A stretch of DNA of 39,214 nt from positions 1 through 39,214 of the forward strand of contig JABIHA010000130.1 of the NCBI GenBank assembly GCA_018649885.1, read 5' to 3'. This stretch comes from Bacteriovoracaceae bacterium (GTDB lineage Bacteria > Bdellovibrionota > Bacteriovoracia > Bacteriovoracales > Bacteriovoracaceae). The notes below the pieces were generated by a model. The model made no database searches. It saw nothing but the letters and a program-made list of their open reading frames with translations, and was not told the DNA's origin. The position numbers and the translations under genes are program-made. Positions 18,138 to 28,001 of this stretch are shown here, piece by piece; the first letter of the stretch is position 1, and each line of letters opens with the position of its first letter.

Positions 18138-19265
18138 TTATTTGCAGTCTAGTTTTATTACTTCGACAGGATCTCCATCAGCAGCGGTTTTATCTGGGCC
18201 ATGCTTTTTTTCTGAAGTATAAAAAAGTGACCCTCCATCAGAAGAGTAGGTGATGGCCTCTTGCTGTTCGAGAACAGGTGCCACAGTACTTGGGATGTAA
18301 TTAAATAAATCTGATGATATTTTCATTTTCTTGTCTAGAACTTTAGAGTCAAACTCAACAATTCCACCAAGACCAATAACCGCAAATTTTTCTCCATCAG
18401 GAGAAAAGTCAGCATCAGTGACAAGATATTTTTTCAATTGCTTTCTAATCTTTTTACTCTTTTTACTCTTTTTGCTTTTTTTAGTTTTAGTTATTTCTTT
18501 GAATACTGCTTTGATCTTAATAGTCCTAACGTGTTTGAAGACAACGTCAACCTCACCACTACTTTGTTCGTAGTGTTTTCTTTTTAATCTATAAATTCTA
18601 GGGTTGATATCACCATCTACTGCTTTGTCAGGATCAGGATTTGTCCGTTTTGTGATGAGATAGATATCACCCGTTACAGGATGAACCATCATGGCCTCAG
18701 CATTATGGTCAACCTCATCTTTATCATCTGGACCGTAAGAAAAGTTAATTGTGAGTTTATCTTTTACCAGGTTTTTATACTCTTTTTTCTCGGCAACAAT
18801 AAATATTTTTAAGTTGGCACGGTTTAGTGTGTTGTTTCCAATATCACCTAAGAAAATGCAGCCCTCAGGTTTTTCATCTACGCTTATTTCTTTGGGAAGG
18901 CATGGTCCCACATTGATCGCCTCGACATCTTCAGCGCTGCCTCTTTCAATTTGGACTGACTCTGGTAAACGGATGCCATTTTCATCATTGGCCTTACCAA
19001 TTTGTCTATCTCCAATGAATTCAATGCCTGAATTGAAAAAGACATGAAATGTGGCCCCTGAGCCTGAATCATTAATATGATATTGTCTTTTTGATGGAAA
19101 ATCGTATGAAGATGAAATGCCAGAGCTCTCAAAGACGATATTGGAATCAATATTAGCGCTATAATCCATGTCTCGTTGGTAGTTTTTACATAGGATGGCA
19201 AAGGCGCTCGGTACTATTAGAAATGTGATGAAAATATTTCTTAATATTACCAAAATTCCCTCCAT
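18138..19265 (-). CDS. Secreted beta-propeller protein of unknown function
   Basis: Signal ending AFA; conserved-looking ESSGI, INDSG, EDVEAI, GDIGNN..R, NAEA, TDADFSPDG, QQEAI, YTSE. Confidence 0.8.
   Translation of the reverse strand: MEGILVILRNIFITFLIVPSAFAILCKNYQRDMDYSANIDSNIVFESSGISSSYDFPSKRQYHINDSGSGATFHVFFNSGIEFIGDRQIGKANDENGIRLPESVQIERGSAEDVEAINVGPCLPKEISVDEKPEGCIFLGDIGNNTLNRANLKIFIVAEKKEYKNLVKDKLTINFSYGPDDKDEVDHNAEAMMVHPVTGDIYLITKRTNPDPDKAVDGDINPRIYRLKRKHYEQSSGEVDVVFKHVRTIKIKAVFKEITKTKKSKKSKKSKKIRKQLKKYLVTDADFSPDGEKFAVIGLGGIVEFDSKVLDKKMKISSDLFNYIPSTVAPVLEQQEAITYSSDGGSLFYTSEKKHGPDKTAADGDPVEVIKLDCK
18451..18480. repeat. 9-bp tandem repeat encoding (KKS)3KK
   Basis: TTTTTACTC TTTTTACTC TTTTTGCTT TTT on the plus strand. 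Confidence 0.7.
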
Positions 19266-19403
19266 ATAGTGGTGATATTTAAAGAAATATATATACCAAA
19301 AGGCCGTGTGATCAAAGCGAGTTGAATTTTATTCAAGGAAGTATTGGTCTTACACCTTGGATTTAGGTAGGATGGCCGATCAAGAATTTAAGGTTTTCTT
19401 TGT

Positions 19404-21647
19404 ATGAGCAGAAAAATTGAATTATTAGCGCCTGGTGGTGATATCGAAGCGGTCAAAGCGGCCGTTGTGGCTGGGGCCAATGCTGTCTATTGCGGCCTCG
19501 ATGCTTTCAATGCCAGAAACCGTGCCTCTAATCTCTCTCTTGATGAACTCAGGGGCGCCATCCGCCTTGCTCATGAATATAGCTGTGAAATTTTTCTGAC
19601 CCTTAATGTGGTGATACTAGAACACGAAATCCCAGTGCTTGTAAGGCTACTTAATCAAATTGTGAATAGTGGAGTTGACGGTATTATAGTGCAGGATTTG
19701 GGCGTCTTCAATATTGTGAAAAAGCATTTTCCGACACTTAATATTCATGCATCCACCCAGATGACAACGCATAATGAAGGGCAAATTCTATTTTTAAGTA
19801 AAATAGGTGCCACTAGGGTCAACCTAGCAAGAGAGTTAAATTTATCAGAGATAAAAAGTTTAACAGCGCGAGCTCATGAGCACGACATGTTAACAGAAGT
19901 GTTTGTACATGGGGCCTTGTGTATAGCCTTCTCGGGTCAGTGTTATTCTAGCTCAGTAAGCGTGGGCAACTCTGGTAATCGCGGCCGCTGTAGCCAGGCA
20001 TGCCGTGATGAATACGAGGAAACGGCAGCTGGTAACAAGTACCCACTTAATCTTAAAGATAACTCTGCTTATTTTGACCTGCCTGAATTAGTGGATGCAC
20101 AAGTTGACTCACTGAAAGTTGAAGGTCGTATTAAAGGCGCTCACTATGTTTATACAGTCATTGATACTTGGCGAAGGCAAATCAATAGTTTTATTGATTC
20201 GGGGAAACTAGTAGGAGATGACTCTAATTTACACAAAGTATTTAACCGTAGCTTTACCAACTCTTTTTTGAAGGGAGAGCTGTCAAAAGATATGTTCATA
20301 GATAGTCCACGAGACTACAGTGCAAAACATGCCATAGATTCAAAAGGTGCAACTACTGAAGCTCAGATTGATGATGTTCGACAAGAGCTTCACCATGAGA
20401 GAAAAGCACTGGGAGCAACTCTCGCAGATAAAATTAAAGATCTGAATACCGATAAAGTAGAGCTCGCGCTTTCTTTTACTGCCCAATTGGGTGAACCGTT
20501 AATGATCACAGCAATCACAAAGGATTGTACTTCAGTGGTACGCTCATCAGTTAATTTAGCACCAGCTGGCGGTGCCTCTATTACTAAACAAGTTTTAGAA
20601 ACGCGCTTTAAAAGCTTTAATAATGGAAACTATGCACTTACTGCTTTTGACTTTTCTCAGTTTAATGAGCTTTTAAGTGTGCCATTCAAAGAGTTAACAG
20701 CAATGAAAAAGCAGTTAGCATTTTTATTAAATGGTAGCGCTCTCGTGCTACCACAAGTTGAAGTACCTAAGCTGCCTAGAAATAAAAAGATAGAAGTAAC
20801 GCCAAAACTGTCGCTTCTAATCAGTGATGAAAAAGATGCGCAGCTTTGCCATACCACTGATGCTGATATCTATTTTAAATTACCTGAAAGTTTTAAAAAA
20901 GGTTGTACTAAGTACAGTGACATTTTACTGCGTAACCCACATCTAATTCCTTGGTTTCCAGCAGTATTAATTGGAAAAGATTACCTTGAAGCAATTAATA
21001 TTTTAGAAGTTGTTAAGCCGGCAGTAATTGTCTCGAATAATACTGGCGTGGCCTATAAAGCATTTGAAATGGGCATTGATTGGATCGCAGGTCCACTGCT
21101 CAATACAACCAACTCTCATGCCCTTGTGACCCTAAAAGAAGAGTTAAACTGCGCTGGTGCGTTTATTTCTAATGAGATCAATCAGGGGCAAATTAAAAAT
21201 ATTAAACGTCCTGACGACTTTAAACTGATGTACAGTATTTATCACCCCATATTACTGATGACCAGTCGCCAGTGCTTCTTCCAACGTACAGTGGGCTGCA
21301 GTAAACCCAGCATTGATGAAAACTGCATGTTGACGTGTGAAAAGGCTACCACAATTACTAACATGAAAGGGATTTCCTTTGCGATAGATAAGCAAAAGGG
21401 TGGTTACCCCAGTATCTACAACGATGAGCAATTCTTAAATCTTGATGTGGTAAGAGACTTCTCCGGATTATTTGATGAGTTCTTTGTCGATCTTACCGAC
21501 ATCGGTTCTGGTTCCAAAGAAAAATTAGACAAGATTGCCTTAATTGGTGAGTTTGAAAAGTTCTTAACTGATGTGGAACAATCAAAAAATACATTAGATC
21601 AGATGGTAGCTATTTCAACCCATGCACAATATCAGCAGGGTTTATAA
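19404..21647 (+). CDS. Peptidase U32-family protein, long RlhA/YdcP-like (probable rRNA hydroxylation)
   Basis: IELLAPGG, FNARNRA, HASTQM, EVFVHGALCIAFSGQC...NRGRCSQACR Fe-S motif, SLKVEGR. Confidence 0.92.
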   Translation: MSRKIELLAPGGDIEAVKAAVVAGANAVYCGLDAFNARNRASNLSLDELRGAIRLAHEYSCEIFLTLNVVILEHEIPVLVRLLNQIVNSGVDGIIVQDLGVFNIVKKHFPTLNIHASTQMTTHNEGQILFLSKIGATRVNLARELNLSEIKSLTARAHEHDMLTEVFVHGALCIAFSGQCYSSSVSVGNSGNRGRCSQACRDEYEETAAGNKYPLNLKDNSAYFDLPELVDAQVDSLKVEGRIKGAHYVYTVIDTWRRQINSFIDSGKLVGDDSNLHKVFNRSFTNSFLKGELSKDMFIDSPRDYSAKHAIDSKGATTEAQIDDVRQELHHERKALGATLADKIKDLNTDKVELALSFTAQLGEPLMITAITKDCTSVVRSSVNLAPAGGASITKQVLETRFKSFNNGNYALTAFDFSQFNELLSVPFKELTAMKKQLAFLLNGSALVLPQVEVPKLPRNKKIEVTPKLSLLISDEKDAQLCHTTDADIYFKLPESFKKGCTKYSDILLRNPHLIPWFPAVLIGKDYLEAINILEVVKPAVIVSNNTGVAYKAFEMGIDWIAGPLLNTTNSHALVTLKEELNCAGAFISNEINQGQIKNIKRPDDFKLMYSIYHPILLMTSRQCFFQRTVGCSKPSIDENCMLTCEKATTITNMKGISFAIDKQKGGYPSIYNDEQFLNLDVVRDFSGLFDEFFVDLTDIGSGSKEKLDKIALIGEFEKFLTDVEQSKNTLDQMVAISTHAQYQQGL

Positions 21648-21773
21648 CGTTTTATCTAATTCCAATTCATTAAAAAATCATATTGATAAATGTAATATCG
21701 ACAAAGATCATTGTCGATATCAACATTTTTTTCTATTTCAATGCTTAAGTATTTTTCTCTAAAGGAGCCCATT

Positions 21774-22145
21774 TTGAAAATTTTATTAAGTTTATCCATT
21801 TTATTAAGCTTAAATCTCTATGCCGATGTTTCAGGGCCAGCTGTCAATATTGAGCAAACAAAAGATAGTGTTACAATTTCTTATACAGCAATGGGAACCA
21901 ATACCTGTTTTAATTTAAAACCTGCTCGATTATTAGTTAGTAGCATGTTCGTAAAGTCATTTGGAGTGAGCAATATAGAAGTTGAATTTTTGGATTCATC
22001 TGATCCACAAGCAATTTGTGGTGCCGCAATGACTCGTTCAACAGGAACACTCGTCTTAGAGCGAGGTGATTCTCTACCTAAAATTGCTGACGGTCGGTAC
22101 CGCCTACTTGTTAACGGCGAAGAGCAAATGATTGAGATTAAATAA
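21774..22145 (+). CDS. Small secreted protein with a Cys pair (C...ICGAAM)
   Basis: AAGGAG SD before TTG 21774; signal ending LYA. Confidence 0.75.
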   Translation: MKILLSLSILLSLNLYADVSGPAVNIEQTKDSVTISYTAMGTNTCFNLKPARLLVSSMFVKSFGVSNIEVEFLDSSDPQAICGAAMTRSTGTLVLERGDSLPKIADGRYRLLVNGEEQMIEIK

Positions 22146-22271
22146 CAAAACAATGAATTTGATGTCCAACTTTATGAGTTAGTTTAAGGAGCACTCACTG
22201 GGCCCATCTACTTCCAAAACCAGTTGAGGCAAATTTGCGCCTAAACTCTCTAGGGTTGGATAGATTTGTTG

Positions 22272-23381
22272 CTAACTCCAAACTAGCCACTCGGGCCGAA
22301 AGATCAACATCAGACCTAAAATAGCAATGACAATTCCACTTAAGAGTTTGAGGTATCTTCCTGAGGATTCTTGTAATTTTTTATGAGAGAGGGTTGTAAT
22401 TGCAATGCCCACCATTAAGGAGTCATCCAACATATAAAAGACGTTGTATAGCGCGATATATCCATAATAAGAAGATTTGCTCAGGGAGTAGTTTGATAAT
22501 ACCTGGGTGTAGATAGCTGGAAGACCGGCCGTGCAGAGAAGTTCTACTAAGTTTACAGATATGGCCAAAGCAATAGAGAGTGAGAGCGCTAACCACAAGC
22601 TATTTGCCTGTACAATTTTCCTCGCACGTATAGCGATTTTTTTCTTACTTTCAGAAGAGATGCTAAGAGTGACCCCTTTTCCAAAATTAAAAAAATCTTT
22701 AATTTGAAGTCCTGCCAGTATCAATGCGATTAATCCCAAGGAAATCTGTACCCAGCGGGCCATACCTAAAAATTGATACAGATTAAACCAGGCACTCATG
22801 AAGAAGAAGTAAACGACTCCACTGGTAATGACAAAGGTACCAGAAATAAGAATCATTTTTTTTCGATCTTTGAGATAGACCAAAATTGAAAGTAAAAAGA
22901 GTAACACCCACATAGCGCAGGGGTTGAATCCATCGATGAGCCCAATCATTGCGGTGAAAGTGAAAAGGCCAACTTTTTTTACATCCACATCTCCGAATAT
23001 TGGAAGGGCGATGTAGCGAGTGGGCAAATCGTCTTCGCTCGATAAAAAAGCAATTATTTTTTTTCCAGTACTTTGAGAATCACTGAAGCCAATAAAAAAA
23101 TGACGATTATTTATGTGAAAAGCGGGAACTCCAGGATGATCAATATGGTATTTTTTATTAAGAAGCTTTAACTCATTTAAATATTGGGGATCTTTTGTCA
23201 CATCTTTGAACTCAATCACTACTTTTGGGTGTTTTTGATGATATTTTTGTAAAAACTCTTTGGCCCGAAAGCAGTGGGGACATCCTTTTCGAACGTAAGC
23301 TGTTATTGATTTTGCAGCCAGGCAATCGTTGGAAATAAAAAGAAAGATAAAAGAAAACACTTTTACAATAGAAAGTGTCAT
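22272..23381 (-). CDS. Glutaredoxin-like (CPHC) domain fused to a DsbD/CcdA-like membrane domain
   Basis: GCPHC...GVP; GLIDGFNPCAMWVL and VELLCTAGLP. Start probably ATG 23381 rather than 23543. Confidence 0.88.
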   Translation of the reverse strand: MTLSIVKVFSFIFLFISNDCLAAKSITAYVRKGCPHCFRAKEFLQKYHQKHPKVVIEFKDVTKDPQYLNELKLLNKKYHIDHPGVPAFHINNRHFFIGFSDSQSTGKKIIAFLSSEDDLPTRYIALPIFGDVDVKKVGLFTFTAMIGLIDGFNPCAMWVLLFLLSILVYLKDRKKMILISGTFVITSGVVYFFFMSAWFNLYQFLGMARWVQISLGLIALILAGLQIKDFFNFGKGVTLSISSESKKKIAIRARKIVQANSLWLALSLSIALAISVNLVELLCTAGLPAIYTQVLSNYSLSKSSYYGYIALYNVFYMLDDSLMVGIAITTLSHKKLQESSGRYLKLLSGIVIAILGLMLIFRPEWLVWS

Positions 23382-23529
23382 TTTTAACTTGATATCAGTC
23401 CTCTTTTGTTGATATTTTCTCACTAGAGCATTATAACGCCACAAATGTAATCTATAAACCTCTGCTAAAAAATCTTTGAATACTTTTAATATTTTTATCT
23501 CTTGATCTGTCAGTTGAATTTCATCCAGA

Positions 23530-24219
23530 ATGGAGCACTCCATAACGAGGATTTCTAAGACCTTTACCGGTGAAATCGCTTTAGAGAAGACTATGTTTAC
23601 TTTTTCTTTGAACCTAAGTCATTTTTACTGCCTCCGGAGTTAAACTCTTGAAAATAGAGGAATACCTTTCAAATTTTATTTGACGCGACGAGTCGCTGGG
23701 GGGGGGTAGGCTAATCTTGCACTTTTTTGGAGGTTTCGTAGAGCTGGTTGGGGCTTATGAGTTTGAAAGTAATCCTCTAACTGCTCTTGAATCTGCCTAT
23801 ATCCCTAATGGGCTTGTTTGGATTGGAGGCCAATTGGGAGTAGGGGGGGCTCGCTTGAAGATTCAGATGGCGTGAATACAGCGGCCTTAGTAGATGTCAA
23901 TTTTGTGCTAGGTTTTGGACACCCAGATTACACAATCATGTTTTACCAAATGATTATAGACATTGAAGGCTACCCTGCAGGCAATCTGTCATCATCACAA
24001 CTGCGTGCTGATTGGGATGCCTCTCATGCATATCTTGAGTTTAAGGCCGGGCTAAATATACCAAAAACACCACTACAAATTTCTGCAAATTGGGAAATTG
24101 GTAGAGAGGGTTATGCTTTTAGGTCTTATGTGGGAGCAGAGCTGACAGTTAAAGGCAAAATCTTTGAAAAGAAAACTCTAGATCAAAAACTTCAACATAA
24201 TAAAAAAAGGAAGAAATAA
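23530..24219 (+). pseudogene. Degraded outer-membrane beta-barrel-like gene with two poly-G frameshifts
   Basis: Consecutive frames join across G9 (23698-23706) and G7 (23843-23849); alternating beta-strand pattern (YLEFKAGLNIP, FRSYVGAELTV). Confidence 0.55.
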
Positions 24220-24442
24220 CTAAGAATGCCTTTATTGACCTTCGACATTCTTCCTTTCTGGGAAGTAAAATCAAAGCATGATAGATATCATGAAAGATCC
24301 TAATGAGCTTGGATTTCTTACAATCAATTCAAGAATGTAGTTAATTTAACCAAGAAAATATTACAAGTTGAACCCGATAAATAACTAAGAATGGTAGTGT
24401 ATTGATGCACAAAAATTAAACAATTTCGACTTGGGGGTCCTC

Positions 24443-25030
24443 ATGGCAATCAACAAAGCCTTTATCGTTTTTACTTTATCTATTTTTTCATTTAGCGCAT
24501 TTTCGAACTGGCAGATTGACTGTAGAGGCATTTACCAGAAGGTGGCACAAAACAAATATCAAAAAAGGAAACATGCATTTACGATAGGCTCAGTAACTGC
24601 TGCTGCTTTGGTCGTCACTGGGGTAGGTGTGGGTGCTAAACTCATGGATAATAACAATTCTGGACCCTCTGATGGTCTTGAGGGAATTCAAAACTCTATT
24701 GATGAAATGGGTAAGGACGCCGCCATCGGAATGGGAATTTCTTTTGGAGGGGGAACAGCGGCATTAGCTGCAGGGGCCTTGGCCACAAGTTTGCTCAGCA
24801 AAGAGGAAAAGCTCCTTCAGGCCGAAATGAGTGCGAGTCCCCGTGCTTTTTTTCGAAGAGTTATTAAAGTAGCCGAAAAAAATGGAATTTCTCTTACGGA
24901 AGAGCACATTAAAGAGACAGTAAGTGAAGGTTTTTCGAGTGGGAAATTTTGTGAGAACTTTCCTAGGTTAATGAATATGCGACAGGCTCAAAAATATATT
25001 TTGGAAAATGGCCATAACAAAAGCAAATAA
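24443..25030 (+). CDS. Secreted/membrane protein with Gly/Ala-rich hydrophobic segments
   Basis: Signal ending AFS; two glycine-zipper-like stretches. Confidence 0.8.
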   Translation: MAINKAFIVFTLSIFSFSAFSNWQIDCRGIYQKVAQNKYQKRKHAFTIGSVTAAALVVTGVGVGAKLMDNNNSGPSDGLEGIQNSIDEMGKDAAIGMGISFGGGTAALAAGALATSLLSKEEKLLQAEMSASPRAFFRRVIKVAEKNGISLTEEHIKETVSEGFSSGKFCENFPRLMNMRQAQKYILENGHNKSK

Positions 25031-25226
25031 TTAGTCCGGTTTGCAAGGAGTCGCCTTTCATTTAGTTGGGCCACGGGATCGTCAATGACTAGGCTTCTTC
25101 TTATGGCCCTTTTAAGTTCTTTTAAGCTTCTGCACGTATCCATAGCTGGCGCGCTAGGGATATAAAAATGAAATTTAATAAGACCAGTACAAAACTAATC
25201 TGTGTGTAAATGGTCTTTCTTTTCAT
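25031..25226 (-). pseudogene. 5' remnant of a frameshifted secreted-protein gene
   Basis: MKRKTIYTQISFVLVLLNFIFI, then in an adjacent frame PSAPAMDTCRSLKELKRAIRRSLVIDDPVAQLNE. Confidence 0.4.
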
Positions 25227-25399
25227 GATATTTTACTGCTTTTGTAAAAATGTTTTCTTAGACCTATGAATATTAATGTTGATTTCCGAGTGGGGGTGAA
25301 TATTTTCTATGGTGTTATTTAATAATGTTGTTCCAAGTTGTGTATATTCAGAGTTTGATAGAGAAGATATGACTGACTGATGAAATACTAGAGCTAAAA

Positions 25400-26062
25400 T
25401 TAATCCCAAGAAAGTAGAAATTCTTCGCGGCATTCTAACCACAATGGATACTTACGCATGGCTTTGGTAAATAGCAGACTTTGCAACATACTTTCTAACC
25501 ATCTGGATAAATGAGGGTGGGCAGCACTTCGAAACCACTTTTTATCCACATTCACAAATTGCCTCACAAACGGCAAAATCGCTAAGTCAGCTAAACTTAG
25601 CTTACTTCCCATGATAAATTCTTGTTTCTGTAGAGACGACTCTAACTTTTGAATGAATTTTTCACACTGACTACGGAGTTCAATTTCCTGGGGCTGGTGA
25701 TAACGTTTAGCATGCTTATAAGCGCTGAGCTTCGTACGAAACTCATGATCACAAATACTGATCAAATTCAACATCTGTGGATAAATTTCTGGTTTTCCAA
25801 TATATAGCAGATCTGTTGGATCATTTTTTTGTAGTGCCCAGATCATAATATCTAAGCTTTCATCAATTATGCTTCCATCCTCAAACAATAAAACTGGAAC
25901 TGTCGCCTTGGGAGAAATCTTGAGTAGCTCTTCGGGTTTATCCTTAGTCACAACTGCACGAAGTAAAACACTTTGCCTCGCCATTAATAAGGCCATTCTA
26001 GCTCGCATGGCATAGGGACAATGTTGCAATGAATATAAAATAGGGACTGACATGTTCAGCAT
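25400..26062 (-). CDS. Glutathione S-transferase family protein
   Basis: LYS..HCPYAMRARMAL, SPKATVPVL, IDESLDIM.WAL, SLADLAILPFVRQF. Confidence 0.93.
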   Translation of the reverse strand: MLNMSVPILYSLQHCPYAMRARMALLMARQSVLLRAVVTKDKPEELLKISPKATVPVLLFEDGSIIDESLDIMIWALQKNDPTDLLYIGKPEIYPQMLNLISICDHEFRTKLSAYKHAKRYHQPQEIELRSQCEKFIQKLESSLQKQEFIMGSKLSLADLAILPFVRQFVNVDKKWFRSAAHPHLSRWLESMLQSLLFTKAMRKYPLWLECREEFLLSWD

Positions 26063-26316
26063 TATACACGAAAGTTAATCATTTCTTAGATAAAAGAGTA
26101 TGTGTGAACAATGACATCTTAAAGCGATTGGTGTGCTTTACTTGAGCTCTTGCGTGAATAAAATAACAATAGGCGCCAGCTAATTTGAAGGTTAGTTTAT
26201 AACACATTCAGCATAAGAAATTAGGTATATATGCGCACAAGTATTTTTAAAATGGTGAATTTGAGTTTTTTAAGCTAGATTATTTTACAAAAATACCAAT
26301 TAAAAAATGGATTAAT

Positions 26317-27192
26317 ATGAAAAAGTTTTTTATTGATAAAATATACAATGAAGACCAAAGCGTAACCATAAGTGAATTTACAGGACTCGCTGCTGAATTA
26401 TTTAATTCAGAAGTCGAGATAACAGCTGATATGGGGATTTGCTCTATACTTGATACAGAAACAACCGGCCTTGATCACAATAGTGATGAAATTATTGAGA
26501 TAGCAATTAGAAAATGGGTTTATCATAAGAGAGATCATTATCTAGTTAAGCCAGTGGAAGAGTACTCTGAACTTAATGAGCCGGTAAATAATGAAATATC
26601 TGATCTTATAACGGAGCTAACAGGAATAACCAAAGAGGATGTAAAAGGTAAGAAAATTGATTGGGAAATTGTTTCTAAATTTATTGGAGAGTCAGATTTT
26701 GTATTAGCTCATAATGCTGGGTTTGATAGACCTATGATTGAAGCCGTGCCTCAAGTGAGTGAGATATCTGCTTCAAAGATTTGGACATGCTCTTTCAAGC
26801 AGGTTGATTGGGCAAGAATGGGATTTTTATCATCAAAGCAAGAATTACTTAGCATCTTTCATGGCTTTCATTATTCAGGACATAGAGCACTTACAGATAT
26901 TGATGCTCTTGCGAATATTTTATTACAAGGCGATTATTTAAAAGAAATTTTATCAAATGCAAAAATAAAGCAAGTAAAAGTTGATTGTGTTAAAGCTCCA
27001 TTTGAGTCAAAGGATTTACTGAAAAGCAGCGGATTTTCATGGGATGCATCAAGTAAGTTTTGGACTAGGCTAGTTTCTGAGTCCGAACTTGATGAGATGA
27101 AGAGCTTCTTAACTGATGAAATATATCCTGCAGGACGAATGAAAGCTGTGTTCACCCGCATAGACATAAGAGATCGTTTCAAAGCGTTTTAA
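26317..27192 (+). CDS. DEDDh 3'-5' exonuclease (DNA polymerase III epsilon-like)
   Basis: LDTETTG, AHNAGFDR, HRALTD. Confidence 0.93.
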   Translation: MKKFFIDKIYNEDQSVTISEFTGLAAELFNSEVEITADMGICSILDTETTGLDHNSDEIIEIAIRKWVYHKRDHYLVKPVEEYSELNEPVNNEISDLITELTGITKEDVKGKKIDWEIVSKFIGESDFVLAHNAGFDRPMIEAVPQVSEISASKIWTCSFKQVDWARMGFLSSKQELLSIFHGFHYSGHRALTDIDALANILLQGDYLKEILSNAKIKQVKVDCVKAPFESKDLLKSSGFSWDASSKFWTRLVSESELDEMKSFLTDEIYPAGRMKAVFTRIDIRDRFKAF

Positions 27193-27326
27193 CCGCTTTG
27201 AAGATCCTACTTCTCAAGCTAAATTAGGTTGAGGCTTGAAAATGGGAGGGTGATATCTTTTCTGAGCACAGCAGTTAAAGACATGCTGACAAAAGATACC
27301 ACTCAATACAGGTCTTTTTATTCACC

Positions 27327-27737
27327 TTATTCCATTTGAGAATCAGAGGTTTGATAATTATGCGTCCAACTTTGGTCTAATGTGCATTCAATACCTAGGT
27401 AACCACACAATTTAACACTCGAATAATTGGTCGAAACTCTAACGATATCTTCATTTTGGGTTATAGTTAATTCATATGATGAAGAATCGCTGTGTATCTT
27501 GTTTAAAAATTCAGCGACATCTCGGAGATCAGCTTTCTCTAATTGAAAAAACGAAAGTTCTTGATCATCATCAAGTCTTACTTTAAGGCCACACTCAGAC
27601 TCTTTGTCACAATCATATTCAATAGAGTCTATTTCTCCAACTTCATTTCCACTTTCATTGAGATAAATTCCTTTAGATATTGCGACAGATGAGGCTAATA
27701 AATTTAATGTAAATACCACTAATAATGTTTTTTTCAT
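27327..27737 (-). CDS. Secreted acidic hypothetical protein
   Basis: GGAG SD, MKK signal peptide, 4 Cys. Confidence 0.78.
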   Translation of the reverse strand: MKKTLLVVFTLNLLASSVAISKGIYLNESGNEVGEIDSIEYDCDKESECGLKVRLDDDQELSFFQLEKADLRDVAEFLNKIHSDSSSYELTITQNEDIVRVSTNYSSVKLCGYLGIECTLDQSWTHNYQTSDSQME

Positions 27738-27923
27738 AATTTCTCCATGGATACATTAAAACAAAAAAATGATTCTAATTCCTGGGATAAATTTGGGAAG
27801 GTGCGCGAAAAGAACTATACTTACAACTTTGGGTAAATGATTTTTATTTAAAAGTATAAATTATTTTCGTGATTTTAGTAATATACTAATGCATGAAGTA
27901 TGGGAAGGTATCTTTAATGCATG

Positions 27924-27976
<53 letters not shown>

Positions 27977-28001
27977 GTTAGACAATTGTTAAAAGATTTA
28001 A

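Noticed and set aside
18082..18140. Premature TGA in the 17647 ORF (KRF*LENFLF)
   Set aside because: The continuation is short and runs into the convergent gene, so it cannot be distinguished from a natural stop.
23382..23543. 54-aa N-terminal extension of the glutaredoxin fusion
   Set aside because: A signal-like sequence starts at ATG 23381; the extension is probably an ORF-caller artefact.
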